NCBI GenBank assembly: GCA_905331295.1
Contig: CAJNYD010000055.1
Location: 62,001 to 126,000, forward strand
From: Rotaria socialis
Lineage: Eukaryota
Reading direction: 5' to 3'
DNA: 64,000 bases
The notes under the pieces are model-generated. The model did no database searches. It was not told the DNA's origin and was given only the letters and a program-made list of their open reading frames with translations. Numbering within the stretch: the first letter of the stretch is position 1; each line of letters begins with the position of its first letter. Made by a program: the position numbers and the translations under genes. This document shows positions 13,388 to 26,480 of this stretch, piece by piece.

Positions 13388-14725
13388 ATGGCGACAAGTC
13401 GATATATGCATATTTGTTTACTACTTTCTGTAATTGTTGTAGGTTTAATCCCTATAATTCATGGTAGTTCTGATGAACAAGAAACGAATGTTTCTCGTAT
13501 TGTTGGACAACGTGCGACTTGCCCTGATTCAACCATGTGTGCATCACAATGGGGCTATTGTGGACACGGAGAATCATATTGTGGTACCGGCTGTACATCA
13601 GGCCCTTGTTCGAGTGGTAATAGTGGTGGAGGTCCTATCATAGTGAACCCAAGTTCTGTGTGCCCCGAGTCTACTATGTGTATGTCAAAGTGGGATTATT
13701 GTGGAACTGGAGAAGCATTCTGTGGCGATGGTTGTAAAGGAGGACCTTGTTGGGGTGGTAATAACGGCGGAGGTGGGGGAAACGGTAATAATGGCAACAC
13801 TGATGATGGTTCTATTATTACGGAACAAAGTTTTTCGTGTGTATTCAATACCATTGATGCTGGAACGAGATTCAGCCGACTCACGGGTCTTAGAAATTCA
13901 GGTTGGAAACCATCAAACAAGGAGGAAGCTGCTGTTTTTCTTGCTCACGTATTTCACGAGACAGATGGTCTGAAAACAATCAGAGAATATTGTGCTCCGG
14001 GTAAATATTTAACAGTAACGTCTTATTTTAAAAGCATTTCATTAACAATTGGTAGATTTTGAACACATTGTAGGTATAATTTTTTATTGTAAGATTTTTC
14101 AAGATGTATGAATGCTAGAAAAACTGTGTAGAGATACAACTAAAGAGCAAGTATAAGGCAACTAGCAAAGCTCAGATCGATTGTACCTTTACCTCATCTT
14201 TCCTATAAAACAAGTTTCAACAATCATAAAAGAGTATCTTTTTTATTTTATGCAAACTGATAAATAGGTTTAAAATTCTAAAGAAATTTCAAGGAAAAAG
14301 TCTTGAGCATTTCAATCAGATCTGAATATCAATTAGGTTGTGGCTCTCATTATGCTGGATCATGGTGTGATATTCAGAGTGTACCCAACAAACTTTACTA
14401 TGGACGTGGCTGGTTTCAATTATCTTGGCCGTGTAACTATCATGCAGCTGGACGAGCTTTAGGTGTAGATCTTCTTAACAATCCGGATTTGGTCGAACAA
14501 CAACAAGATTTAGCAGTGAAAACTGCAATTTGGTTTTATAATGCAAATAATATGGCTGGACCCGCTAAACAAGGTGACTTCGCAGCTACGACTCGAATCA
14601 TCAACGGCGCATTGGAATGCAATGGAGGACCAGGATTTAGCAATCAAATGGCTCGAGTAGGAACATACAGACGAGTTCGTCAATGCTTTAGCCTTGGAGA
14701 GCCTAATAGAAATCCAGTATGCTAA
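13388..14725 (+). CDS. Secreted GH19 chitinase with two hevein-like (CBM18) domains; 2 exons (13388-14000, 14337-14725)
   Basis: Signal peptide, two SxWxYCG..C..GC..GPC repeats, Gly/Asn linker, AHVFHET, IREY, YYGRGWFQLSWPCNY, TAIWFY, TTRIINGALEC; GT-AG intron 14001-14336. Confidence 0.93.
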
Positions 14726-16263
14726 TCGAACATTCTTCTTCTCCATGTCTTCATAAATATAATAAAATGCTATTTTGTGCTACCATAATTATGATTGTCA
14801 CAAATGTAGGACTTTTTTTTACAGCTCTAGGATAATTCATATATCTACTCTAAATATGGTGTATTAAGTATTTTAATATCCTAATTCATATAATAAAGCC
14901 ATTTCAACATTTCAATGATCATGAACAGACGCTGACGCACCAATTCATATGCGTACTGATTTCTGTGGATGATAAGAGAGACTACTACGACATATACGCT
15001 TATGCACCCATTCCTATGTCTTGTCTTATAACACCACTAAAACTTCTTATCTGAATATCTTAACGGATCTTTTGCAAGACAACGAAGCATCCTTTATCAT
15101 TCATATTGATAAGTTGAGTAGAATTCATGCATTTGTTGATTTTTCTTCATACTCATGTGAATTTCAATTTAATTACTAGTTATCATCGTTTTCTTGTGTT
15201 TGAGTATTAGTTGATTTAAATGTTAAATAAGTTAATGCAGATAACACTTGAATAGCGTATGTACTTATTATATGTAATATCGTAGACCAATTAACACTTG
15301 ATAAAAATTTATTTTATTTAATCGTATGAATAGTTTTCATTAGAATATAATTGTAGAAAATAAAAGGAAATATTGATATATACACAATTGAAATTGAACA
15401 CGAATCAACAATAATAATCATAATAATAAGTGAAAACGTTTGCCTAGATAATATTACCGTTGTGTTTAAATGAAAAAGAAATCTATATGATACTTAGAAT
15501 AGCAATTTTGGCATGAGCATAAATCAAACATACGATACCAAAACACTAGAAATATAATAAACTAAGAAAAAGAAATGTTAGTAAAAAATCTAGGTCGATA
15601 TATAGTGTAAGTACATATAAAATAAATTAATACATGACGATAAATATAATTAAAATGAATAGCTTTTGTGTACTACTAATAGTTTACGATAGAATTCTAT
15701 TAAACTACATATAGTCATAACTTCTATTCTTCAGAATTATTAGATAATATATTTAATTCATTTACTTATATTTTGATTATTGTCAGTAAGTTATACAAAA
15801 GATCTCTCTTTATTTTATTGATTTTCAAGTAACCAATTAATACATCAAAGGAAATAAATTATAAAATCAAAAAGTATACTCATCACAATTACTCACATCA
15901 TCAACATATGAATTGACGAAATGATAAGCATGCTTCGAATAGAATAAAGGATAAAGCAATGGTATTTCGTTTTCTTAACTAATGAAACACAATTCTGATT
16001 TCACACAAATTTTTATCAGTCTATATCTGTATTTGTATTAGTTATATGAAATTACAAAGGAAATAATCATCAATGCGATGCAACCTATGTTTCTTATGCT
16101 TTTTTAATTTGAAATTTAGGTTCTACTCTATTTATGTAAAAAAAAACATTTTTTGATCAATGACGGTATTTTTGGGAATAGAAAAAAGCGAACGAACACA
16201 TTTTGCTAACGTAATGATGCTTACATAAATATAATGCAGTGGAAGAGAAGAAAAAAAGAATTA

Positions 16264-16336
16264 CGCCCAACGTGGGGGTCGAACCCACGACATTGAGATT
16301 AAGAGTCTCACGCTCTACCGACTGAGCTAGCCGGGC
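16264..16336 (-). tRNA. tRNA-Lys(CTT)
   Basis: GCCCGGCTAGCTCAGTCGGTAGAGCGTGAGACTCTTAATCTCAATGTCGTGGGTTCGACCCCCACGTTGGGCG; 73-nt cloverleaf with A and B boxes, downstream T-run. Confidence 0.97.
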
Positions 16337-16775
16337 TTGCACATGTGTGACACAAATCACAATATCTTTCATCATTATTTTCTTAATAAACAGATATTTG
16401 AACATATTTTATAGCTTTAAAATATTCGAAGCTTCATTTTGTGCATATTAAGATATTGAACAATAATTTATGCATCTTATAGATTTATATATGAGTTGAT
16501 AAATAATATTTATGATGAAGGATATTTAATCAAAGATTCATTCATTTTCTAATTGAACAATTTTATTTAAAATCATTCATCATATTGAATAGAAGAAATC
16601 TTCTTCAAGTTATTAGATTTCTAAAAATATAATAATATTCATATATCCAGTGAAATTCAAAATGAAAATGCTTACAAAAAATTTATATTCTCGCTTATTT
16701 TCAGAAAAGGAAGGTCCCAAGTCAATCAAGACCATCTCTGTCAGTAGATCAGTTATGCAATGGAGATTTGCAGCT

Positions 16776-16837
16776 ATCCCAATAGCTGAGTAGGTATACA
16801 GCGTGAGACTATTAATCTTAATGTCATAAGTTCGACC
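16776..16837 (+). pseudogene. Decayed tRNA-Lys(CTT) copy, opposite orientation
   Basis: tagctgagtaggtatacagcgtgagactattaatcttaatgtcataagttcgacc aligns to the intact tRNA; anticodon changed to ATT, acceptor stem and 3' end lost. Confidence 0.8.
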
Positions 16838-18414
16838 AAGATTTATTCAAAACTAATAGCTATATTAATTTTTCCTATCAGTGAATATCATTACGTTTGT
16901 CTGACTAGTAGTAATGGAATAGCTATACTTCACACTGGGCAATTTGTTTTTGTATGTTAACTCTTTCGATTGTTTAGATATGTATAGCATTTCTTCTTTA
17001 TAATAGTAGCTGTTACTTTGCATTAACAGAAAGAAACAGTTTACTTGACAATAAAATCAATATGTCGTGTGATCAACTGAATTGGAGAAAGAAACCTGCT
17101 TTTTTTCAAGCGAATTTTGAGACTAACTCTACTCCAAAACAAAATTGGAGTACAACGGGAGACGCACTCTAGGAGTCTCGACCACCCACACCCTCCATTT
17201 GGATGTACGCCATACTCAATTCTATTATTCTACATAAGATCTCCATAAATATCAATAACTATGTTCATAATAGAAAATAAATTTAGTCTCAAAATGATAA
17301 CCATATGATTGAAAAATTTCTTTAATATTTTTTACTATTTCTTTATATAAACTAATAATACAAGAAGAATATCCTTCGTTAAAATAAATTGTTCTTAATT
17401 TTCGAATTTGTAATCTTCAATGAATAATTCGATCAATACGTTTACGTATACTTTGTTCGTATTTGATATCTTCAGAATTATTAATATGATATAATTTCAT
17501 GATCGATTAATTTTAGTTGATCAGAGGACTTCGGCAAAAATGCTATAAAATTCGTTGAATTTCAAATATCCTACAGTAATATGTTTAACCCAGATTTTAT
17601 TTGGTTGTTTCACAACTTGGTCTCATGTTCTTGATCATTGTCGAATAATCTAATAGCTTCATTTTCGGTAGTTTTGCAAGGCAGCATGAGAAAATCTATA
17701 AAGAGAGGCATTATCCAAAATAATTATAGCAATTCAAAACATTTTAAAAAAAGAAATCAGGTAAATCATGATGATAAAGCAAAGTGCATTCTGTACTCAT
17801 TATTTTGTTATTGAAAAAGAAATTAAGGATTTGTTTAAGTATAATATAACAGACAAATCACGAAATGCAGTAAATGAAGCGGCAATGAATGATATCAAAA
17901 TATTGTCACAGTTATGGTATGACTACTTATTCAAAGGCACTTTATTCAGTATTAAAAACAAAAAGTATATTCACATTTTATCTATAGATAGCATTTTAAA
18001 GTGTACGGCAAATTCGATTCTATAGAAACTAATTTTATTCTAAAAGTTAAAGACTTATAATTGTTTTTTTTTGTGGCATCTCCGAGTGTGTAATAAATTC
18101 AATACTAGATGACATATTGCTGTTACATTCTGAAAAAGACATGCTGTACTAAATCAAATCTTCACTCTTGCAGTTGAGAGTGATTTCATATGATATCGAA
18201 ATCATTATACACTTTAAGATTATGATATCAAAACAAATCAAAATTGTCAAAGTTACGGTTCTTACTTATTTCGAAACGAAGCATGTTTCAGTACTTACGT
18301 CAAATATTTGTGTTGCCAATCTTTACTTGCTAACCACCTGTACATGTAAGTAAGAATAATTATTCGCAAACAACTAGCACAATAAATCATATTTTATTTA
18401 AAAGTAGATAAATT

Positions 18415-20449
18415 CTATACCCTTTTCAAGGGTGTAATTCTATCTAATAAAAGGCTAAGTGTGTTCTGTATATGATGTACTGTTTGATTTACAGCATCAA
18501 GCTTTTCATCAACGCTGTCTATCTTTCGTTTCATTGTATTCATCTGTTCCAGGGATTGATCCAATACAGTACTTGTATCACGTTGAATCATCAGTAATTC
18601 GGCTAGACCGGTAATATGATTATCATTTAATTTCCGTTGTTTCTTTTTAATATATTTAATGCCATCTATCGATTTGAAGAATGCTTGTTGTGATTGAATA
18701 TACTCAATTGAATTGTATTTATGAATTTTCGTAAGACGCCACATTTTCCACGCATTTATAATAATATTCGCTGCTTGATGTTTCTGCGCTTTGGCTAATT
18801 CACAGTTCAAAACAAAATTATGAACATATCTTTCCCATCGGGACAAAATAAGTTTTTGAGAGACAACAGCAATCAGAAGAGCACTGACCAAAATACCAAT
18901 GATACTTGCAATAGTAGCCACACCTAATTATTTTAATAATTCAAATGATCATTAATTAGTAGTTTTAATTATGAAAATTAGATATAATATAAATTAGGTT
19001 TGCTTTAAAGAAGCATTGACTACATTTGTTAAGCGAAACGTTCTTCTTTCATATTTTTTTGGCGTCTAAATCATGATTCGAAAAATATTGTTCAAACAGT
19101 GTCTATTCTTGCGACTATAGATAAATGATTATAAATGTAAAATCACAATTAATCGAATGTAGTTTTTAATTAAAGAACTATCACAAAAAAATAACTTATT
19201 TGTGAATAAAATTTAACTTACTTCGCCCACAATACGTAGCAGGTGTTACATCACCATAACCTGTAAGCAAGAACTAACTTGTTCTTGTTCTCTGTTCTTT
19301 ATCAGATTTCAATTCGATACTTACCTACAGTAGTAAATGTTACAATAAATAGCCACATAGCAGCAAAAATCGATATATGTTCATTCTCTGATATCATATC
19401 ACATGCACGCAATGACCAACTTCCAATAAGAAAAACCATTGTACAAAATATAACTAAACAACGTATTGGCCATTGTTGAAAATAAGTTTTAATAACGAAG
19501 ATGAAATCAAGAGATATTTTGTTTAGATAACCAAGCGATTGTAGTGATGTATCACGAACCAAACGTGAATGAAATGTGATGTAACGACAGCATAGATATA
19601 GACGGCCAAACACTATCGAAATACATATCAATTATTTATCATTTCTTAGAAGAAAAGTAAACAATAGACTTACTTGGCAAACCAAGTGCAACATCAACAG
19701 GTACATATGTTAAGGCAATTGGTATTGTTGTAGACTGGTAGTTTTTTGTTGAATTTGCGATATTTCTTTCATCGTGTGAATATTGACCAATGGGAAAATG
19801 TCGAGGAATAGGATGAATACTACAGATCACTATTTCTAACATAATAGAAAGCAGTCTTTTGCCTGTTAATCCAACACGCCAATGTTCAATGGAATTATTA
19901 ACACAATAGAGATTAATTTCGTAATAATGATAGTAGAGAACAAGACCAATAAGAACCATACTCGAAATTGTAATTGTCAATTTGAGAAGCCAAGTAGAGA
20001 TTGTCTCGTGATGATCGAAACGCGCAAAAGTTATTTCATTATCAATAATCATAAGAATGATACCCAAAAAACCAAGAGCACACATAATATCATTTACTTG
20101 ACGACTATAGCGACAAAAAATTGCACTATATCAACACTAAAATATTTTCTCACCATTTTGCATGCAACTTTTTTCGTCTACTTAGTCGATAGCTCACCAA
20201 TTCCATGGATAAAATTTTGCCAGATCTTCTTTTCTGCATAGATTTCTGACGCAATTTATTCTCACTTATTGTCTCATTACTTTGTTTTGATGATCGTCGA
20301 GAATGAAGAGATAGTTGTGAAATATGCCTCGAGATTATTGACACGGACTTTACTGGTACTTTATGTGAACATTCGATGTGATTAGTATTTGGCTGATCGT
20401 CTGAAACTGGAAAGTTCAACACTGTCGATCTATGTTCCACTGAAGTCAT
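18415..20449 (-). CDS. Small-conductance Ca2+-activated K+ channel (KCNN/SK family), 5 exons
   Basis: LGIILMIIDNE, EIVICSIHPIP, GRLYL S4 region, pore TFTTV-GYGDVTP split by an intron, calmodulin-binding region ERYVHNFV...AANII..AW, coiled-coil tail. Confidence 0.92.
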
Positions 20450-22902
20450 TGTAGATTATTATAATCTCATAAATTCAATTATAAACTTAACGCATATCGG
20501 CTGAACAACTATTATACATTTATCAATAATTGTTGACGATAATGAGATAATGAAAAGAAAATTATTTGTGGAATCACAAATATTAATGTTGAAGATTTCG
20601 AAAATTATATTCTAAAATAAAAAATAGAAAGCTATTTTAACTGGTTGAGAACCGAAGTGATAGAATGTGCCAGCCAGCGCTCAAACAACAATCGAACGCA
20701 TTCTAAATATCACCTGGCTCTTTTTCAGCATCTTATTTCTACAAAAAAAAGACGAAAAACATAAAAAAATATGTAGAACATGGTCCCTTGCCGTTTACGT
20801 GTTTACACAGAAAAATCCAATCGTTCTTACAAACGATGCAATACAAAAATCAAGAACAAACAATGAACAATCATATTGTGTGCACATTCAGTAGGGTATT
20901 CAAATATATGCACGGTATTTTCCCTCTGCACGTGAATGGAAAAGTTTTGGTTGATACAGCGACTTTTCAAAGCATTTATTCACGTAAACATTTCTATAAC
21001 AATTTTATTCATAATATAATCCATAAAAGATCGAAACATATTCTAGTTCAAGTTTCATCACTACCCTTTTTTGCATTTCAGCCTTTTATTTCGATCTATT
21101 TAGAAGAGCTTTTTCATTGGAAAATAATTCATTTTAATTTTAATCAACATCACTACAACTAAATAATAAAGAAAATTTGTATCATCGATCTGTACTTTTC
21201 ATTTATATCCAACTTTACCCTTATTGAATATACCAAAGTTCATTAGTTGCTCTTCCGATTTAGTACAAAAGTAAAAGCATCGAGTTTAACAACAAGTTGA
21301 AAAACAAAACGTCTGAAACGTACGCGGAAACAGTTTCTCTTCAACTATCAAATAGTTTCTTTTAAATTTAACAGATTTTTATTTCATGTGGGTAAAGTGC
21401 GAAAAAATAAATATTTACACAAAACATTTTTTTTTTGTAACAGTAACTAGTTATTCCTTTCGAAAATATTTGAGAAAAAATTTGTGTATTAAACTATTTA
21501 ACACAATTATTCGATACATATATTTACAAGACTCAACGATTAATCCGAACACCACAGTCTAGTAAGCGACAGGCCAAACCCCTAACTTAAATTCGATACG
21601 ACTGGCATTCTGTCTGTTGAGATACACTGTCCTACGAATAAGTTTGACCATGGTCACTTATTTCGATAGTAAAAAAAAGCGAAATCTCGTCATATTATAT
21701 GACGAATGAAAGTTAATTTTATCTTTGATACTCATTAAACTAGCTTGTTTAATTCTAATACAGATAGTTCTACTTTATACGCAATTGCAAAATAACAGTC
21801 TATTCAATTTCATGGCTATTGGAATATGTAAATCTTTGTCAAAACACAGACAAGAACATTTGGATAGATCAAATAAAAGCCGAAAACGAAATAAGTTGAT
21901 GATCCATGAGTAATACTAATATTAAAGTGTAACGACTATGCATGTCACTATCAACGTATAAAATGTTGTTTTGCTTTAAGAAATTTCTCGTCTAAATCTG
22001 TAAAAATCGTGATAAATAGAATTGAAATTTTATCATTTGTAAAACTTTGATCGACCAGTTTAAGTATACGATTTGCCAACTTTTGCATCCTTCACATTGC
22101 ATAAAGATTGATCCATTGCCGACGAATAGTAAAATACTGTCTTAAAAATTCGTGTCAATAACAAAACCATAGCATGATCATTTTGAAATTTGAAATCTTT
22201 GACAGTTCTGTTAGTCTCTAAAGAAGCTTGAAATTGATTTTGATTATGCAAAAGTTCTAACTACTCTATGTATTTAAATTATGTAGCTATTCGATAGTGC
22301 CATAATGAATCTGCACTCATAATACAATAGTATTGTAAGTATTTTGATTCGATCAAAATCTTGCGTTAAGTATCTGATAAAGTACATTTATCAAGCTAAG
22401 CGAAAGTTACTGCCAATCTATCAGATAATTGATTGCAAAAGATTCGTCATTCTGTTTGATTTAATTCCGCTGGCGTAAGATGGCACCTGATGTTAGTTAT
22501 TAAGTTGATTTACATCCGCTTTTCTCAAAAAAGAAATTCAATTGGTTTCTTTTGATAAAGATTAATTTGATTGCAATGGAAAATGTCGAAAGTAAGATGA
22601 GGTTGACGATGACAATATAAAAGTGAGGGTCGTCGATTTCGACCAAATTCAAGATAGTTGAAATGAAATTGCAGTAGTTTTATTGTATACGTATTCAGAA
22701 CGAATTCACTTATTTGCACGAGTTAATGTTGAAAGATTCACGAAGATAGACTTTCTTGGTACGGTCAGATGTGCTCAATGAACGTAAACTTTTCTGTAGA
22801 TTAGATCATAAATTCAACACCTAGTTTATTCGTCATCCTGTTGGTATGTTGATTGAGTCTTACTTTTTACGCATAATAAACGAAATGAAAATACCACTCT
22901 AG

Positions 22903-22964
22903 CAGAGATGGGCAAGTCAAGTTGAGTCCAGTCATATTTGACGGACTTGACTTGCCCATCTCTG
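22903..22964. mobile_element. 62-bp hAT-type MITE
   Basis: Perfect 20-bp TIR CAGAGATGGGCAAGTCAAGT and perfect 8-bp TSD CACTCTAG at 22895-22902 and 22965-22972. Confidence 0.92.
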
Positions 22965-23862
22965 CACTCTAGAATGCCAAACTAATAAATTGGACTTAGA
23001 AACTCGGCCATCGTCACGATATACTTCGTTCAAGTGTGCTATGGCTTGTATTCTATTCAGCTGATAAAAATGTACTAATAGAACAAGTACAACCCCAGAA
23101 AAAAAAACTACTGATAAGCACAAGCTAAATTCAACGTATGAAAGATATGCATTGCGGCAAGTGAAATAAATTATCAACGAATGAGAAGAAAGCTTCATCG
23201 AAAGATCGGTATCATGACACGTTGTTTGTTGTTGTTGCGCATCGAATTTCTCGCACAATAAGTCGTGTTGATCGTTGCTGATGCATTATTCGATCGAAAC
23301 GTACATAGACATGCACATTTATACGTGTTTATGTATTTAGTTTTGTCAAATTTTCTCATTTTAAGGAGGGCCATGTTTTGTTTTAGTCGACATGCTTAAT
23401 CTATTCGATTTTTTTACGGCAACTATTGTTTATCTCAAATGTAAATGCAGCATGCTTAGATGATTGCTTATAATTTAGAATTAGGCCATTGATTATTCAT
23501 CGCATTTGATCAATACGTTTTCATTGAACAAGCTCGTATTAGCTTGTTGTAGATCTTCAGCACGTTGAGATTGAGCATGAAGATTTCATAAAAAGTGCCC
23601 GTTCTCAATTTCGATAATCCCAAGCAAGAAGCAAACACTATTGTCTGTAATGAAGACAAAATCGTTGTTAAATACTCAAATATAGTCTTGATAATCCTAT
23701 AATTGGTTATAGTATAAGGTAGAAGGCATTTCAAATTTTCTTTATTTAAAATAAAAATTTGTTCTAAATGAATGAAATGTTATGAAGAAAACTTTTGTCT
23801 TGTTATCAACTGCTTCGTTAACATCTATATCACATTGTCTACATTATCATTGCTAGATTATT

Positions 23863-24834
23863 ATGTTTCTTATTACTATTTTTATCATAATATTTTATTT
23901 GGTTTATCATTTATACCAACATATTTTTCGAACAAATTCCGTCAATTCGAACGATAAATATATTCTCGTTACTGGGTGTGACTCAGGGATCGGTCATGCA
24001 CTAGCAATAGAACTCGACCAACAAGGTTTTAACATCTTTGCTGGTGTTCTTATTCAGGATAATGCAGTCTTATTGAAAAAACAACTTTCATCGAAAGCTA
24101 CTGTATTTCGTCTTGATATTACCAAACCAGAAGATATTGATACTGCCTACAGTTTAGTCAAAAATACGACAAACAATTTATATGCAATTGTCAATAACGC
24201 AGGCATTCTAACACACGGTTGTATCGATTGGACGTCAATGGAAACTATGCGAAAAGTCATGAATGTGAACTTCTTTGGGCATGTCGCTATGACGAAGAAA
24301 TTTTTATCTCTACTTATTTCTAAATCTGACTCTCGTGTAATTAATGTAGTTTCTGCAGCTGGATTCTTTTCTTTTCCTAATACATCGGCATATTCAGCAT
24401 CAAAATATGCATTAAAATCATTCTCAGATTGTCTTCGTCGTGAAATGGCTCCATGGAATTTACATGTTAGTGTAATTGAACCAGGCGCATTACGAACACC
24501 CATGATGGAAGGCTACGAAAACACCTTGAGAAATATATGGAATGGACTTTCAATCGATGTACAAGAACGTTGGGGAATCAATTATTTAAATAATATTATT
24601 ACAACAGCAACGAATAGTCGATTTATGATAAATGCTGATAATCCTTCTAGAGTTGTAGGAGCTATTAAGCATGCGGTGATGAATCATAAGCCTCATAGTC
24701 ATTATCGACCAGGTTGGCAAGGGAAAGTTATTTTTTACATCTTATATCTATCACCTGTATGGCTCAGTGATAAATTATTAGCCAAAGCCTTAAATTTTGT
24801 GCCTAGTGGTGTGCAACATCAACTTTTGGACTAA
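23863..24834 (+). CDS. Short-chain dehydrogenase/reductase (retinol DH / 17-beta-HSD / BDH1-like), intronless
   Basis: N-terminal TM, TGCDSGIG, NNAG, YSASK, LRREMAPWNLHVSVIEPG. Confidence 0.92.
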   Translation: MFLITIFIIIFYLVYHLYQHIFRTNSVNSNDKYILVTGCDSGIGHALAIELDQQGFNIFAGVLIQDNAVLLKKQLSSKATVFRLDITKPEDIDTAYSLVKNTTNNLYAIVNNAGILTHGCIDWTSMETMRKVMNVNFFGHVAMTKKFLSLLISKSDSRVINVVSAAGFFSFPNTSAYSASKYALKSFSDCLRREMAPWNLHVSVIEPGALRTPMMEGYENTLRNIWNGLSIDVQERWGINYLNNIITTATNSRFMINADNPSRVVGAIKHAVMNHKPHSHYRPGWQGKVIFYILYLSPVWLSDKLLAKALNFVPSGVQHQLLD

Positions 24835-26480
24835 AATCACACTAATGTCACAATGATATTAGATGTTTTCTATCGAAAAAAGAGTTATTTGTCTTCGATA
24901 TACAAGTTTTTAATGTCGATTAACTCTAACGATACTCTTGCTATTTTTTTCCAGAGAACATTTTTTATGGTAGTAAAAATCAAATGAAAATTTTCAGTCA
25001 TCCTAGTCTATCAATTCGTAATGCTTTATCAATAATTCTCATCATCTAATTCAAAATTTTCATCAGTAACAGTAAACGGTCGGTTCAATAGATGGCTTCC
25101 TACTGTCAATTCGAGGTGTATTTTTCTTTTGTCATTTTAAACTCTTTTAGTTGATGTGTGCTTTTTTTTTAAAATATCTAACTTCGCCAATCCAACAATT
25201 GCGATTGATTGATGTTGTGGGTGTACATGTGTTTAGATTTAACTGTGCTAGTGTAGTAAGTTTGGTAATAGAAGTTTCAGACTTTGTTTGTGCTCTGGAA
25301 AGTCTTGAATCAGTGTAGATTTTCGTTCACCTAGAAATGCACGATGAATTATTTAAAAAACAGACAAAATCTTACTAAGGATATGAAGCTGTTTTCTCTC
25401 TCTAGCAACACGCATACTTTATTTTATCTTCATCTCGAATGAAGAATTTTGTCAAAACTATCATTACATTATAAATCATATTTTTAGTTCGCCTGTCGAT
25501 GATGTTTAAATTTTCAATAGATGGTGCTCTGTGCTCGTGATATTTCTATTAGTCCCTCCATAAAATACCATTAGGGGAATTTACCTTATTTTTTTTCTTC
25601 GAATCTGACCTGATACTAGTATGATTGAGAAAAAATTTCTTTTACATGAAAGAATAATGTATTCTTAATGTTATTCAATCGAAAGACTTTGAAACTCAAT
25701 AATATACATATATATATATTGTCAATCTGAAGATATCCAGCGACCGTTTTTATTTGTCATGTCAAGTAAACAGTCATAGATATCAATCATTATTTTACTT
25801 TTTGCCGGTAGGCATGATCTTATTACAAAATTTAAAGAAATGAAACGAAAATTTGTTTTCAAATTATATTTAGTGTTAACTTGACATCATAAACTATTCT
25901 AATATGAAAAATCATCCACCATGCAAAGATTGTCTATGATCAACATTTTCTTTCTCGATTTGTAAAGAAAATGACAAAGAATGTTTCTTTTCTTGATCAT
26001 ATCATGAACATGGAAACTGAATTTAAAATATTAATTATTATCTGTCGAATTACATATAGCTACTGTATTGCAACCGATTATAAATTGTGATTAAGTCGTA
26101 TGGAATCATTCCATGTAACGATTTAATCTAAAATATTAATGACTATCGACATTATTTTCATTTTATTTGTATTGAAAAAAATGGCTTAAGATTAAACAAT
26201 AACCGTATTGCCCGCATCGTAGAAATAATTGTAAATTCATTATGAACAAAGTAAATTATGATTCGTCTCATATTTTTCAATTATTTACCTATTTTTTTTG
26301 TGTTATCGACTTATAATCGATATGTATCGAATCTTAAAAAATTAGTCAGACACGAATAAATTCGACTTTTCTCTAATTAGTTCTATGATAGACGTTTTTA
26401 GCCGTCAATAGAAAACTTTTTTCTCTTTATCGAGTTAGATATGTATTTATCAATACTATAAAATATTTTAGATACGTTTA

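Noticed and set aside
16157..16405. 82-aa ORF
   Set aside because: Spurious translation across the tRNA-Lys gene
24147..24503. 118-aa antisense ORF
   Set aside because: Shadow of the SDR coding strand
25020..25570. Exon-like minus-strand remnant
   Set aside because: Stops in all frames and no recognisable motif
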